A DNA stretch of 64,000 bases from the human T2T-CHM13v2.0 reference genome, Homo sapiens, in assembly GCF_009914755.1 (NCBI RefSeq), contig NC_060931.1. One strand, 5' to 3'. Position numbers and translations under genes: made by a program. Under the pieces are notes generated by a model. That model ran no database searches, was not told the origin of the DNA, and saw only the letters and a list, made by a program, of their open reading frames with translations. Below, piece by piece: positions 12,581 through 25,800 of the stretch (position 1 is its first letter; every line of letters starts with the position of its first letter).

Positions 12581-15500
12581 CACAGAGCAGATTTGAAACA
12601 CTCTTTTTGTGGAGTTTGCAAGTGGAGATTTCAAGCGATTTGATGCCAACAGTAGAAAAGGAAATATCTTCAAATAAAAACTAGACAGAATCATTCTCAG
12701 AAACTACTTTGTGATGTGTGCCTTCAACTCACAGAGTTTAACCTTTCTTTTCTTAGAGCAGTTTAGAAACACTCTGCTTGTTACGTCTGCAAGTGGATAT
12801 TTGGACCTCTTTGAGGCCTTCGTTGCAAACGGGGTTTCTTCCTTTCATGCTAGACTAAGAAGAGTTCTCAGTAACTTTTTTGTGTTGTGTGTATTCAACT
12901 CACAGAGTTGAACCTTGCTTTAGAGAGAGCAGATTTGAAACACTCTTGCTGTGGCATTTTCAGGTGGAGATTTCAAGCGATTTGAGGACAATTGCAGAAA
13001 AGGAAATATCTTCGTATAATAACCAGACAGAATCATTCTCAGAAAGTGCTTTGTGATGTGTGCGTTCAACTCACAGAGTTTAACCTTTCTTTTCATAGAG
13101 GAGTTTGGAAACACACTGTTTGTAAGGACTGCAAGTGGATATATGGACCTGTTTGAGGCCTTCGTTGGAAACGGGATTTCTTCATTGAATGCTAGACGGA
13201 AGAATTCTCAGTAAATTCTTTGTGTTGTGTGCATTCAACTCACAGAGTGGAACGTCCCTTTAGACAGAGCAGATTTGAAACACTCTTTTTGTGGAATTTG
13301 CAAGTGGAGATTTCTAGCCATTTGATGCCAACAGTAGAAAGGGAAATATCTTCAAATAAAAACCAGACAGAATCATTCTCAGAAAATTCTTTGTGATGTG
13401 TGCGTTCAACTCACATAGTTTAACCTTTCTTTTCATAGAGCAGTTTGGAAACACTCTGTTTGTAAAGTCTGCAAGTGGATATATGGACCGCATTGAGGCC
13501 TTCGTTGGAAACGGGATTTCTTCATTTCATGCTAGACAGAAGAATTCTCAGTAACTTCTTTGTGCTGTGTGTATTCAACTCACAGAGTGGAACGTCCCTT
13601 TACACAGAGCAGATTTGAAACACTCTTTTTGTGGAGTTTGCAAGTGGAGATTTCAAGCGATTTGATGCCAACAGTAGAAAAGGAAATATCTTCAAATAAA
13701 AACTAGACAGAATCATTCTCAGAAACTACTTTGTGATGTGTGCCTTCAACTCACAGAGTTTAACCTTTCTTTTCTTAGAGCAGTTTAGAAACACTCTGCT
13801 TGTTATGTCTGCAAGTGGATATTTGGACCTCTTTGAGGCCTTCGTTGCAAACGGGGTTTCTTCCTTTCATGCTAGACTAAGAAGAGTTCTCAGTAACTTT
13901 TTTGTGTTGTGTGTATTCAACTCACAGAGTTGAACCTTGCTTTAGAGAGAGCAGATTTGAAACACTCTTGCTGTGGCATTTTCAGGTGGAGATTTCAAGC
14001 GATTTGAGGACAATTGCAGAAAAGGAAATATCTTCTTATAATAACCAGACAGAATCATTCTCAGAAAGTGCTTTGTGATGTGTGCGTTCAACTCACAGAG
14101 TTTAACCTTTCTTTTCATAGAGGAGTTTGGAAACACACTGTTTGTAAGGACTGCAAGTGGATATATGGACCTGTTTGAGGCCTTCGTTGGAAACGGGATT
14201 TCTTCATTGAATGCTAGACGGAAGAATTCTCAGTAAATTCTTTGTGTTGTGTGCATTCAACTCACAGAGTGGAACGTCCCTTTAGACAGAGCAGATTTGA
14301 AACACTCTTTTTGCGGAATTTGCAAGTGGAGATTTCTAGCCATTTGATGCCAACAGTAGAAAGGGAAATATCTTCAAATAAAAACCAGACAGAATCATTC
14401 TCAGAAAATTCTTTGTGATGTGTGCGTTCAACTCACATAGTTTAACCTTTCTTTTCATAGAGCAGTTTGGAAACACTCTGTTTGTAAAGTCTGCAAGTGG
14501 ATATATGGACCGCATTGAGGCCTTCGTTGGAAACGGGATTTCTTCATTTCATGCTAGACAGAAGAATTCTCAGTAACTTCTTTGTGCTGTGTGTATTCAA
14601 CTCACAGAGTGGAACGTCCCTTTGCACAGAGCAGATTTGAAACACTCTTTTTGTGGAGTTTGCAAGTGGAGATTTCAAGCGATTTGATGCCAACAGTAGA
14701 AAAGGAAATATCTTCAAATAAAAACTAGACAGAATCATTCTCAGAAACTACTTTGTGATGTGTGCCTTCAACTCACAGAGTTTAACCTTTCTTTTCTTAG
14801 AGCAGTTTAGAAACACTCTGCTTGTTACGTCTGCAAGTGGATATTTGGACCTCTTTGAGGCCTTCGTTGCAAACGGGGTTTCTTCCTTTCATGCTAGACT
14901 AAGAAGAGTTCTCAGTAACTTTTTTGTGTTGTGTGTATTCAACTCACAGAGTTGAACCTTGCTTTAGAGAGAGCAGATTTGAAACACTCTTGCTGTGGCA
15001 TTTTCAGGTGGAGATTTCAAGCGATTTGAGGACAATTGCAGAAAAGGAAATATCTTCGTATAATAACCAGACAGAATCATTCTCAGAAAGTGCTTTGTGA
15101 TGTGTGCGTTCAACTCACAGAGTTTAACCTTTCTTTTCATAGAGGAGTTTGGAAACACACTGTTTGTAAGGACTGCAAGTGGATATATGGACCTGTTTGA
15201 GGCCTTCGTTGGAAACGGGATTTCTTCATTGAATGCTAGACGGAAGAATTCTCAGTAAATTCTTTGTGTTGTGTGCATTCAACTCACAGAGTGGAACGTC
15301 CCTTTAGACAGAGCAGATTTGAAACACTCTTTTTGTGGAATTTGCAAGTGGAGATTTCTAGCCATTTGATGCCAACAGTAGAAAGGGAAATATCTTCAAA
15401 TAAAAACCAGACAGAATCATTCTCAGAAAATTCTTTGTGATGTGTGCGTTCAACTCACATAGTTTAACCTTTCTTTTCATAGAGCAGTTTGGAAACACTC

Positions 15501-16871
15501 TGTTTGTAAAGTCTGCAAGTGGATATATGGACCGCATTGAGGCCTTCGTTGGAAACGGGATTTCTTCATTTCATGCTAGACAGAAGAATTCTCAGTAACT
15601 TCTTTGTGCTGTGTGTATTCAACTCACAGAGTGGAACGTCCCTTTACACAGAGCAGATTTGAAACACTCTTTTTGTGGAGTTTGCAAGTGGAGATTTCAA
15701 GCGATTTGATGCCAACAGTAGAAAAGGAAATATCTTCAAATAAAAACTAGACAGAATCATTCTCAGAAACTACTTTGTGATGTGTGCCTTCAACTCACAG
15801 AGTTTAACCTTTCTTTTCTTAGAGCAGTTTAGAAACACTCTGCTTGTTATGTCTGCAAGTGGATATTTGGACCTCTTTGAGGCCTTCGTTGCAAACGGGG
15901 TTTCTTCCTTTCATGCTAGACTAAGAAGAGTTCTCAGTAACTTTTTTGTGTTGTGTGTATTCAACTCACAGAGTTGAACCTTGCTTTAGAGAGAGCAGAT
16001 TTGAAACACTCTTGCTGTGGCATTTTCAGGTGGAGATTTCAAGCGATTTGAGGACAATTGCAGAAAAGGAAATATCTTCTTATAATAACCAGACAGAATC
16101 ATTCTCAGAAAGTGCTTTGTGATGTGTGCGTTCAACTCACAGAGTTTAACCTTTCTTTTCATAGAGGAGTTTGGAAACACACTGTTTGTAAGGACTGCAA
16201 GTGGATATATGGACCTGTTTGAGGCCTTCGTTGGAAACGGGATTTCTTCATTGAATGCTAGACGGAAGAATTCTCAGTAAATTCTTTGTGTTGTGTGCAT
16301 TCAACTCACAGAGTGGAACGTCCCTTTAGACAGAGCAGATTTGAAACACTCTTTTTGCGGAATTTGCAAGTGGAGATTTCTAGCCATTTGATGCCAACAG
16401 TAGAAAGGGAAATATCTTCAAATAAAAACCAGACAGAATCATTCTCAGAAAATTCTTTGTGATGTGTGCGTTCAACTCACATAGTTTAACCTTTCTTTTC
16501 ATAGAGCAGTTTGGAAACACTCTGTTTGTAAAGTCTGCAAGTGGATATATGGACCGCATTGAGGCCTTCGTTGGAAACGGGATTTCTTCATTTCATGCTA
16601 GACAGAAGAATTCTCAGTAACTTCTTTGTGCTGTGTGTATTCAACTCACAGAGTGGAACGTCCCTTTGCACAGAGCAGATTTGAAACACTCTTTTTGTGG
16701 AGTTTGCAAGTGGAGATTTCAAGCGATTTGATGCCAACAGTAGAAAAGGAAATATCTTCAAATAAAAACTAGACAGAATCATTCTCAGAAACTACTTTGT
16801 GATGTGTGCCTTCAACTCACAGAGTTTAACCTTTCTTTTCTTAGAGCAGTTTAGAAACACTCTGCTTGTTA
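12581..16871 (+). repeat. Tandem duplication of a 2-HOR block (period 2044 bp)
   Basis: The private allele TCTTCTTATA occurs only at 14036 and 16080. The flanking variant order (GTTACG, AGGAC, TTGTGG, TTTACAC) is identical in both copies. Boundaries are approximate. Confidence 0.85.
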
Positions 16872-19800
16872 TGTCTGCAAGTGGATATTTGGACCTCTTT
16901 GAGGCCTTCGTTGCAAACGGGGTTTCTTCCTTTAATGCTAGACTAAGAAGAGTTCTCAGTAACTTTTTTGTGTTGTGTGTATTCAACTCACAGAGTTGAA
17001 CCTTGCTTTAGAGAGAGCAGATTTGAAACACTCTTGCTGTGGCATTTTCAGGTGGAGATTTCAAGCGATTTGAGGACAATTGCAGAAAAGGAAATATCTT
17101 CGTATAATAACCAGACAGAATCATTCTCAGAAAGTGCTTTGTGATGTGTGCGTTCAACTCACAGAGTTTAACCTTTCTTTTCATAGAGGAGTTTGGAAAC
17201 ACACTGTTTGTAAAGTCTGCAAGTGGATACATGGACCTGTTTGAGGCCTTCGTTGGAAACGGGATTTCTTCATTGAATGCTAGACGGAAGAATTCTCAGT
17301 AAATTCTTTGTGTTGTGTGCATTCAACTCACAGAGTGGAACGTCCCTTTAGACAGAGCAGATTTGAAACACTCTTTTTGCGGAATTTGCAAGTGGAGATT
17401 TCTAGCCATTTGATGCCAACAGTAGAAAGGGAAATATCTTCAAATAAAAACCAGACAGAATCATTCTCAGAAAATTCTTTGTGATGTGTGCGTTCAACTC
17501 ACATAGTTTAACCTTTCTTTTCATAGAGCAGTTTGGAAACACTCTGTTTGTAAAGTCTGCAAGTGGATATATGGACCGCATTGAGGCCTTCGTTGGAAAC
17601 GGGATTTCTTCATTTCATGCTAGACAGAAGAATTCTCAGTAACTTCTTTGTGCTGTGTGTATTCAACTCACAGAGTGGAACGTCCCTTTGCACAGAGCAG
17701 ATTTGAAACACTCTTTTTGTGGAGTTTGCAAGTGGAGATTTCAAGCGATTTGATGCCAACAGTAGAAAAGGAAATATCTTCAAATAAAAACTAGACAGAA
17801 TCATTCTCAGAAACTACTTTGTGATGTGTGCCTTCAACTCACAGAGTTTAACCTTTCTTTTCTTAGAGCAGTTTAGAAACACTCTGCTTGTTATGTCTGC
17901 AAGTGGATATTTGGACCTCTTTGAGGCCTTCGTTGCAAACGGGGTTTCTTCCTTTCATGCTAGACTAAGAAGAGTTCTCAGTAACTTTTTTGTGTTGTGT
18001 GTATTCAACTCACAGAGTTGAACCTTGCTTTAGAGAGAGCAGATTTGAAACACTCTTGCTGTGGCATTTTCAGGTGGAGATTTCAAGCGATTTGAGGACA
18101 ATTGCAGAAAAGGAAATATCTTCGTATAATAACCAGACAGAATCATTCTCAGAAAGTGCTTTGTGATGTGTGCGTTCAACTCACAGAGTTTAACCTTTCT
18201 TTTCATAGAGGAGTTTGGAAACACACTGTTTGTAAAGTCTGCAAGTGGATACATGGACCTGTTTGAGGCCTTCGTTGGAAACGGGATTTCTTCATTGAAT
18301 GCTAGACGGAAGAATTCTCAGTAAATTCTTTGTGTTGTGTGCATTCAACTCACAGAGTGGAACGTCCCTTTAGACAGAGCAGATTTGAAACACTCTTTTT
18401 GCGGAATTTGCAAGTGGAGATTTCTAGCCATTTGATGCCAACAGTAGAAAGGGAAATATCTTCAAATAAAAACCAGACAGAATCATTCTCAGAAAATTCT
18501 TTGTGATGTGTGCGTTCAACTCACATAGTTTAACCTTTCTTTTCATAGAGCAGTTTGGAAACACTCTGTTTGTAAAGTCTGCAAGTGGATATATGGACCG
18601 CATTGAGGCCTTCGTTGGAAACAGGATTTCTTCATTTCATGCTAGACAGAAGAATTCTCAGTAACTTCTTTGTGCTGTGTGTATTCAACTCACAGAGTGG
18701 AACGTCCCTTTGCACAGAGCAGATTTGAAACACTCTTTTTGTGGAGTTTGCAAGTGGAGATTTCAAGCGATTTGATGCCAACAGTAGAAAAGGAAATATC
18801 TTCAAATAAAAACTAGACAGAATCATTCTCAGAAACTACTTTGTGATGTGTGCCTTCAACTCACAGAGTTTAACCTTTCTTTTCTTAGAGCAGTTTAGAA
18901 ACACTCTGCTTGTTATGTCTGCAAGTGGATATTTGGACCTCTTTGAGGCCTTCGTTGCAAACGGGGTTTCTTCCTTTCATGCTAGACTAAGAAGAGTTCT
19001 CAGTAACTTTTTTGTGTTGTGTGTATTCAACTCACAGAGTTGAACCTTGCTTTAGAGAGAGCAGATTTGAAACACTCTTGCTGTGGCATTTTCAGGTGGA
19101 GATTTCAAGCGATTTGAGGACAATTGCAGAAAAGGAAATATCTTCGTATAATAACCAGACAGAATCATTCTCAGAAAGTGCTTTGTGATGTGTGCATTCA
19201 ACTCACAGAGTTTAACCTTTCTTTTCATAGAGGAGTTTGGAAACACACTGTTTGTAAAGTCTGCAAGTGGATATATGGACCTGTTTGAGGCCTTCGTTGG
19301 AAACGGGATTTCCTCATTGAATGCTTGACGGAAGAATTCTCAGTAAATTCTTTGTGTTGTGTGCATTCAACTCACAGAGTGGAACGTCCCTTTAGACAGA
19401 GCAGATTTGAAACACTCTTTTTGCGGAATTTGCAAGTGGAGATTTCTAGCCATTTGATGCCAACAGTAGAAAGGGAAATATCTTCAAATAAAAACCAGAC
19501 AGAATCATTCTCAGAAAATTCTTTGTGATGTGTGCGTTCAACTCACATAGTTTAACCTTTCTTTTCATAGAGCAGTTTGGAAACACTCTGTTTGTAAAGT
19601 CTGCAAGTGGATATATGGACCGCATTGAGGCCTTCGTTGGAAACGGGATTTCTTCATTTCATGCTAGACAGAAGAATTCTCAGTAACTTCTTTGTGCTGT
19701 GTGTATTCAACTCACAGAGTGGAACGTCCCTTTACACAGAGCAGATTTGAAACACTCTTTTTGTGGAGTTTGCAAGTGGAGATTTCAAGCGATTTGATGC

Positions 19801-22800
19801 CAACAGTAGAAAAGGAAATATCTTCAAATAAAAACTAGACAGAATCATTCTCAGAAACTACTTTGTGATGTGTGCCTTCAACTCACAGAGTTTAACCTTT
19901 CTTTTCTTAGAGCAGTTTAGAAACACTCTGCTTGTTATGTCTGCAAGTGGATATTTGGACCTCTTTGAGGCCTTCGTTGCAAACGGGGTTTCTTCCTTTC
20001 ATGCTAGACTAAGAAGAGTTCTCAGTAACTTTTTTGTGTTGTGTGTATTCAACTCACAGAGTTGAACCTTGCTTTAGAGAGAGCAGATTTGAAACACTCT
20101 TGCTGTGGCATTTTCAGGTGGAGATTTCAAGCGATTTGAGGACAATTGCAGAAAAGGAAATATCTTCGTATAATAACCAGACAGAATCATTCTCAGAAAG
20201 TGCTTTGTGATGTGTGCGTTCAACTCACAGAGTTTAACCTTTCTTTTCATAGAGGAGTTTGGAAACACACTGTTTGTAAGGACTGCAAGTGGATATATGG
20301 ACCTGTTTGAGGCCTTCGTTGGAAACGGGATTTCTTCATTGAATGCTAGACGGAAGAATTCTCAGTAAATTCTTTGTGTTGTGTGCATTCAACTCACAGA
20401 GTGGAACGTCCCTTTAGACACAGCAGATTTGAAACACTCTTTTTGTGGAATTTGCAAGTGGAGATTTCTAGCCATTTGATGCCAACAGTAGAAAGGGAAA
20501 TATCTTCAAATAAAAACCAGACAGAATCATTCTCAGAAAATTCTTTGTGATGTGTGCATTCAACTCACATAGTTTAACCTTTCTTTTCATAGAGCAGTTT
20601 GGAAACACTCTGTTTGTAAAGTCTGCAAGTGGATATATGGACCGCATTGAGGCCTTCGTTGGAAACGGGATTTCTTCATTTCATGCTAGACAGAAGAATT
20701 CTCAGTAACTTCTTTGTGCTGTGTGTATTCAACTCACAGAGTGGAACGTCCCTTTGCACAGAGCAGATTTGAAACACTCTTTTTGTGGAGTTTGCAAGTG
20801 GAGATTTCAAGCGATTTGATGCCAACAGTAGAAAAGGAAATATCTTCAAATAAAAACTAGACAGAATCATTCTCAGAAACTACTTTGTGATGTGTGCCTT
20901 CAACTCACAGAGTTTAACCTTTCTTTTCTTAGAGCAGTTTAGAAACACTCTGCTTGTTATGTCTGCAAGTGGATATTTGGACCTCTTTGAGGCCTTCGTT
21001 GCAAACGGGGTTTCTTCCTTTCATGCTAGACTAAGAAGAGTTCTCAGTAACTTTTTTGTGTTGTGTGTATTCAACTCACAGAGTTGAACCTTGCTTTAGA
21101 GAGAGCAGATTTGAAACACTCTTGCTGTGGCATTTTCAGGTGGAGATTTCAAGCGATTTGAGGACAATTGCAGAAAAGGAAATATCTTCGTATAATAACC
21201 AGACAGAATCATTCTCAGAAAGTGCTTTGTGATGTGTGCGTTCAACTCACAGAGTTTAACCTTTCTTTTCATAGAGGAGTTTGGAAACACACTGTTTGTA
21301 AGGACTGCAAGTGGATATATGGACCTGTTTGAGGCCTTCGTTGGAAACGGGATTTCTTCATTGAATGCTAGACGGAAGAATTCTCAGTAAATTCTTTGTG
21401 TTGTGTGCATTCAACTCACAGAGTGGAACGTCCCTTTAGACAGAGCAGATTTGAAACACTCTTTTTGTGGAATTTGCAAGTGGAGATTTCTAGCCATTTG
21501 ATGCCAACAGTAGAAAGGGAAATATCTTCAAATAAAAACCAGACAGAATCATTCTCAGCAAATTCTTTGTGATGTGTGCGTTCAACTCACATAGTTTAAC
21601 CTTTCTTTTCATAGAGCAGTTTGGAAACACTCTGTTTGTAAAGTCTGCAAGTGGATATATGGACCGCATTGAGGCCTTCGTTGGAAACGGGATTTCTTCA
21701 TTTCATGCTAGACAGAAGAATTCTCAGTAACTTCTTTGTGCTGTGTGTATTCAACTCACAGAGTGGAACGTCCCTTTGCACAGAGCAGATTTGAAACACT
21801 CTTTTTGTGGAGTTTGCAAGTGGAGATTTCAAGCGATTTGATGCCAACAGTAGAAAAGGAAATATCTTCAAATAAAAACTAGACAGAATCATTCTCAGAA
21901 ACTACTTTGTGATGTGTGCCTTCAACTCACAGAGTTTAACCTTTCTTTTCTTAGAGCAGTTTAGAAACACTCTGCTTGTTATGTCTGCAAGTGGATATTT
22001 GGACCTCTTTGAGGCCTTCGTTGCAAACGGGGTTTCTTCCTTTCATGCTAGACTAAGAAGAGTTCTCAGTAACTTTTTTGTGTTGTGTGTATTCAACTCA
22101 CAGAGTTGAACCTTGCTTTAGAGAGAGCAGATTTGAAACACTCTTGCTGTGGCATTTTCAGGTGGAGATTTCAAGCGATTTGAGGACAATTGCAGAAAAG
22201 GAAATATCTTCGTATAATAACCAGACAGAATCATTCTCAGAAAGTGCTTTGTGATGTGTGCGTTCAACTCACAGAGTTTAACCTTTCTTTTCATAGAGGA
22301 GTTTGGAAACACACTGTTTGTAAAGTCTGCAAGTGGATACATGGACCTGTTTGAGGCCTTCGTTGGAAACGGGATTTCTTCATTGAATGCTAGACGGAAG
22401 AATTCTCAGTAAATTCTTTGTGTTGTGTGCATTCAACTCACAGAGTGGAACGTCCCTTTAGACAGAGCAGATTTGAAACACTCTTTTTGCGGAATTTGCA
22501 AGTGGAGATTTCTAGCCATTTGATGCCAACAGTAGAAAGGGAAATATCTTCAAATAAAAACCAGACAGAATCATTCTCAGAAAATTCTTTGTGATGTGTG
22601 CGTTCAACTCACATAGTTTAACCTTTCTTTTCATAGAGCAGTTTGGAAACACTCTGTTTGTAAAGTCTGCAAGTGGATATATGGACCGCATTGAGGCCTT
22701 CGTTGGAAACGGGATTTCTTCATTTCATGCTAGACAGAAGAATTCTCAGTAACTTCTTTGTGCTGTGTGTATTCAACTCACAGAGTGGAACGTCCCTTTG

Positions 22801-25800
22801 CACAGAGCAGATTTGAAACACTCTTTTTGTGGAGTTTGCAAGTGGAGATTTCAAGCGATTTGATGCCAACAGTAGAAAAGGAAATATCTTCAAATAAAAA
22901 CTAGACAGAATCATTCTCAGAAACTACTTTGTGATGTGTGCCTTCAACTCACAGAGTTCAACCTTTCTTTTCTTAGAGCAGTTTAGAAACACTCTGCTTG
23001 TTATGTCTGCAAGTGGATATTTGGACCTCTTTGAGGCCTTCGTTGCAAACGGGGTTTCTTCCTTTCATGCTAGACTAAGAAGAGTTCTCAGTAACTTTTT
23101 TGTGTTGTGTGTATTCAACTCACAGAGTTGAACCTTGCTTTAGAGAGAGCAGATTTGAAACACTCTTGCTGTGGCATTTTCAGGTGGAGATTTCAAGCGA
23201 TTTGAGGACAATTGCAGAAAAGGAAATATCTTCGTATAATAACCAGACAGAATCATTCTCAGAAAGTGCTTTGTGATGTGTGCGTTCAACTCACAGAGTT
23301 TAACCTTTCTTTTCATAGAGGAGTTTGGAAACACACTGTTTGTAAAGTCTGCAAGTGGATATATGGACCTGTTTGAGGCCTTCGTTGGAAACGGGATTTC
23401 TTCATTGAATGCTAGACGGAAGAATTCTCAGTAAATTCTTTGTGTTGTGTGCATTCAACTCACAGAGTGGAACGTCCCTTTAGACAGAGCAGATTTGAAA
23501 CACTCTTTTTGCGGAATTTGCAAGTGGAGATTTCTAGCCATTTGATGCCAACAGTAGAAAGGGAAATATCTTCAAATAAAAACCAGACAGAATCATTCTC
23601 AGAAAATTCTTTGTGATGTGTGCGTTCAACTCACATAGTTTAACCTTTCTTTTCATAGAGCAGTTTGGAAACACTCTGTTTGTAAAGTCTGCAAGTGGAT
23701 ATATGGACCGCATTGAGGCCTTCGTTGGAAACGGGATTTCTTCATTTCATGCTAGACAGAAGAATTCTCAGTAACTTCTTTGTGCTGTGTGTATTCAACT
23801 CACAGAGTGGAACGTCCCTTTAGACAGAGCAGATTTGAAACACTCTTTTTGTGGAGTTTGCAAGTGGAGATTTCAAGCGATTTGATGCCAACAGTAGAAA
23901 AGGAAATATCTTCAAATAAAAACTAGACAGAATCATTCTCAGAAACTACTTTGTGATGTGTGCCTTCAACTCACAGAGTTCAACCTTTCTTTTCTTAGAG
24001 CAGTTTAGAAACACTCTGCTTGTTATGTCTGCAAGTGGATATTTGGACCTCTTTGAGGCCTTCGTTGCAAACGGGGTTTCTTCCTTTCATGCTAGACTAA
24101 GAAGAGTTCTCAGTAACTTTTTTGTGTTGTGTGTATTCAACTCACAGAGTTGAACCTTGCTTTAGAGAGAGCAGATTTGAAACACTCTTGCTGTGGCATT
24201 TTCAGGTGGAGATTTCAAGCGATTTGAGGACAATTGCAGAAAAGGAAATATCTTCGTATAATAACCAGACAGAATCATTCTCAGAAAGTGCTTTGTGATG
24301 TGTGCGTTCAACTCACAGAGTTTAACCTTTCTTTTCATAGAGGAGTTTGGAAACACACTGTTTGTAAAGTCTGCAAGTGGATACATGGACCTGTTTGAGG
24401 CCTTCGTTGGAAACGGGATTTCTTCATTGAATGCTAGACGGAAGAATTCTCAGTAAATTCTTTGTGTTGTGTGCATTCAACTCACAGAGTGGAACGTCCC
24501 TTTAGACAGAGCAGATTTGAAACACTCTTTTTGCGGAATTTGCAAGTGGAGATTTCTAGCCATTTGATGCCAACAGTAGAAAGGGAAATATCTTCAAATA
24601 AAAACCAGACAGAATCATTCTCAGAAAATTCTTTGTGATGTGTGCGTTCAACTCACATAGTTTAACCTTTCTTTTCATAGAGCAGTTTGGAAACACTCTG
24701 TTTGTAAAGTCTGCAAGTGGATATATGGACCGCATTGAGGCCTTCGTTGGAAACAGGATTTCTTCATTTCATGCTAGACAGAAGAATTCTCAGTAACTTC
24801 TTTGTGCTGTGTGTATTCAACTCACAGAGTGGAACGTCCCTTTGCACAGAGCAGATTTGAAACACTCTTTTTGTGGAGTTTGCAAGTGGAGATTTCAAGC
24901 GATTTGATGCCAACAGTAGAAAAGGAAATATCTTCAAATAAAAACTAGACAGAATCATTCTCAGAAACTACTTTGTGATGTGTGCCTTCAACTCACAGAG
25001 TTTAACCTTTCTTTTCTTAGAGCAGTTTAGAAACACTCTGCTTGTTATGTCTGCAAGTGGATATTTGGACCTCTTTGAGGCCTTCGTTGCAAACGGGGTT
25101 TCTTCCTTTCATGCTAGACTAAGAAGAGTTCTCAGTAACTTTTTTGTGTTGTGTGTATTCAACTCACAGAGTTGAACCTTGCTTTAGAGAGAGCAGATTT
25201 GAAACACTCTTGCTGTGGCATTTTCAGGTGGAGATTTCAAGCGATTTGAGGACAATTGCAGAAAAGGAAATATCTTCGTATAATAACCAGACAGAATCAT
25301 TCTCAGAAAGTGCTTTGTGATGTGTGCGTTCAACTCACAGAGTTTAACCTTTCTTTTCATAGAGGAGTTTGGAAACACACTGTTTGTAAAGTCTGCAAGT
25401 GGATACATGGACCTGTTTGAGGCCTTCGTTGGAAACGGGATTTCTTCATTGAATGCTAGACGGAAGAATTCTCAGTAAATTCTTTGTGTTGTGTGCATTC
25501 AACTCACAGAGTGGAACGTCCCTTTAGACAGAGCAGATTTGAAACACTCTTTTTGCGGAATTTGCAAGTGGAGATTTCTAGCCATTTGATGCCAACAGTA
25601 GAAAGGGAAATATCTTCAAATAAAAACCAGACAGAATCATTCTCAGAAAATTCTTTGTGATGTGTGCGTTCAACTCACATAGTTTAACCTTTCTTTTCAT
25701 AGAGCAGTTTGGAAACACTCTGTTTGCAAAGTCTGCAAGTGGATATATGGACCGCATTGAGGCCTTCGTTGGAAACGGGATTTCTTCATTTCATGCTAGA

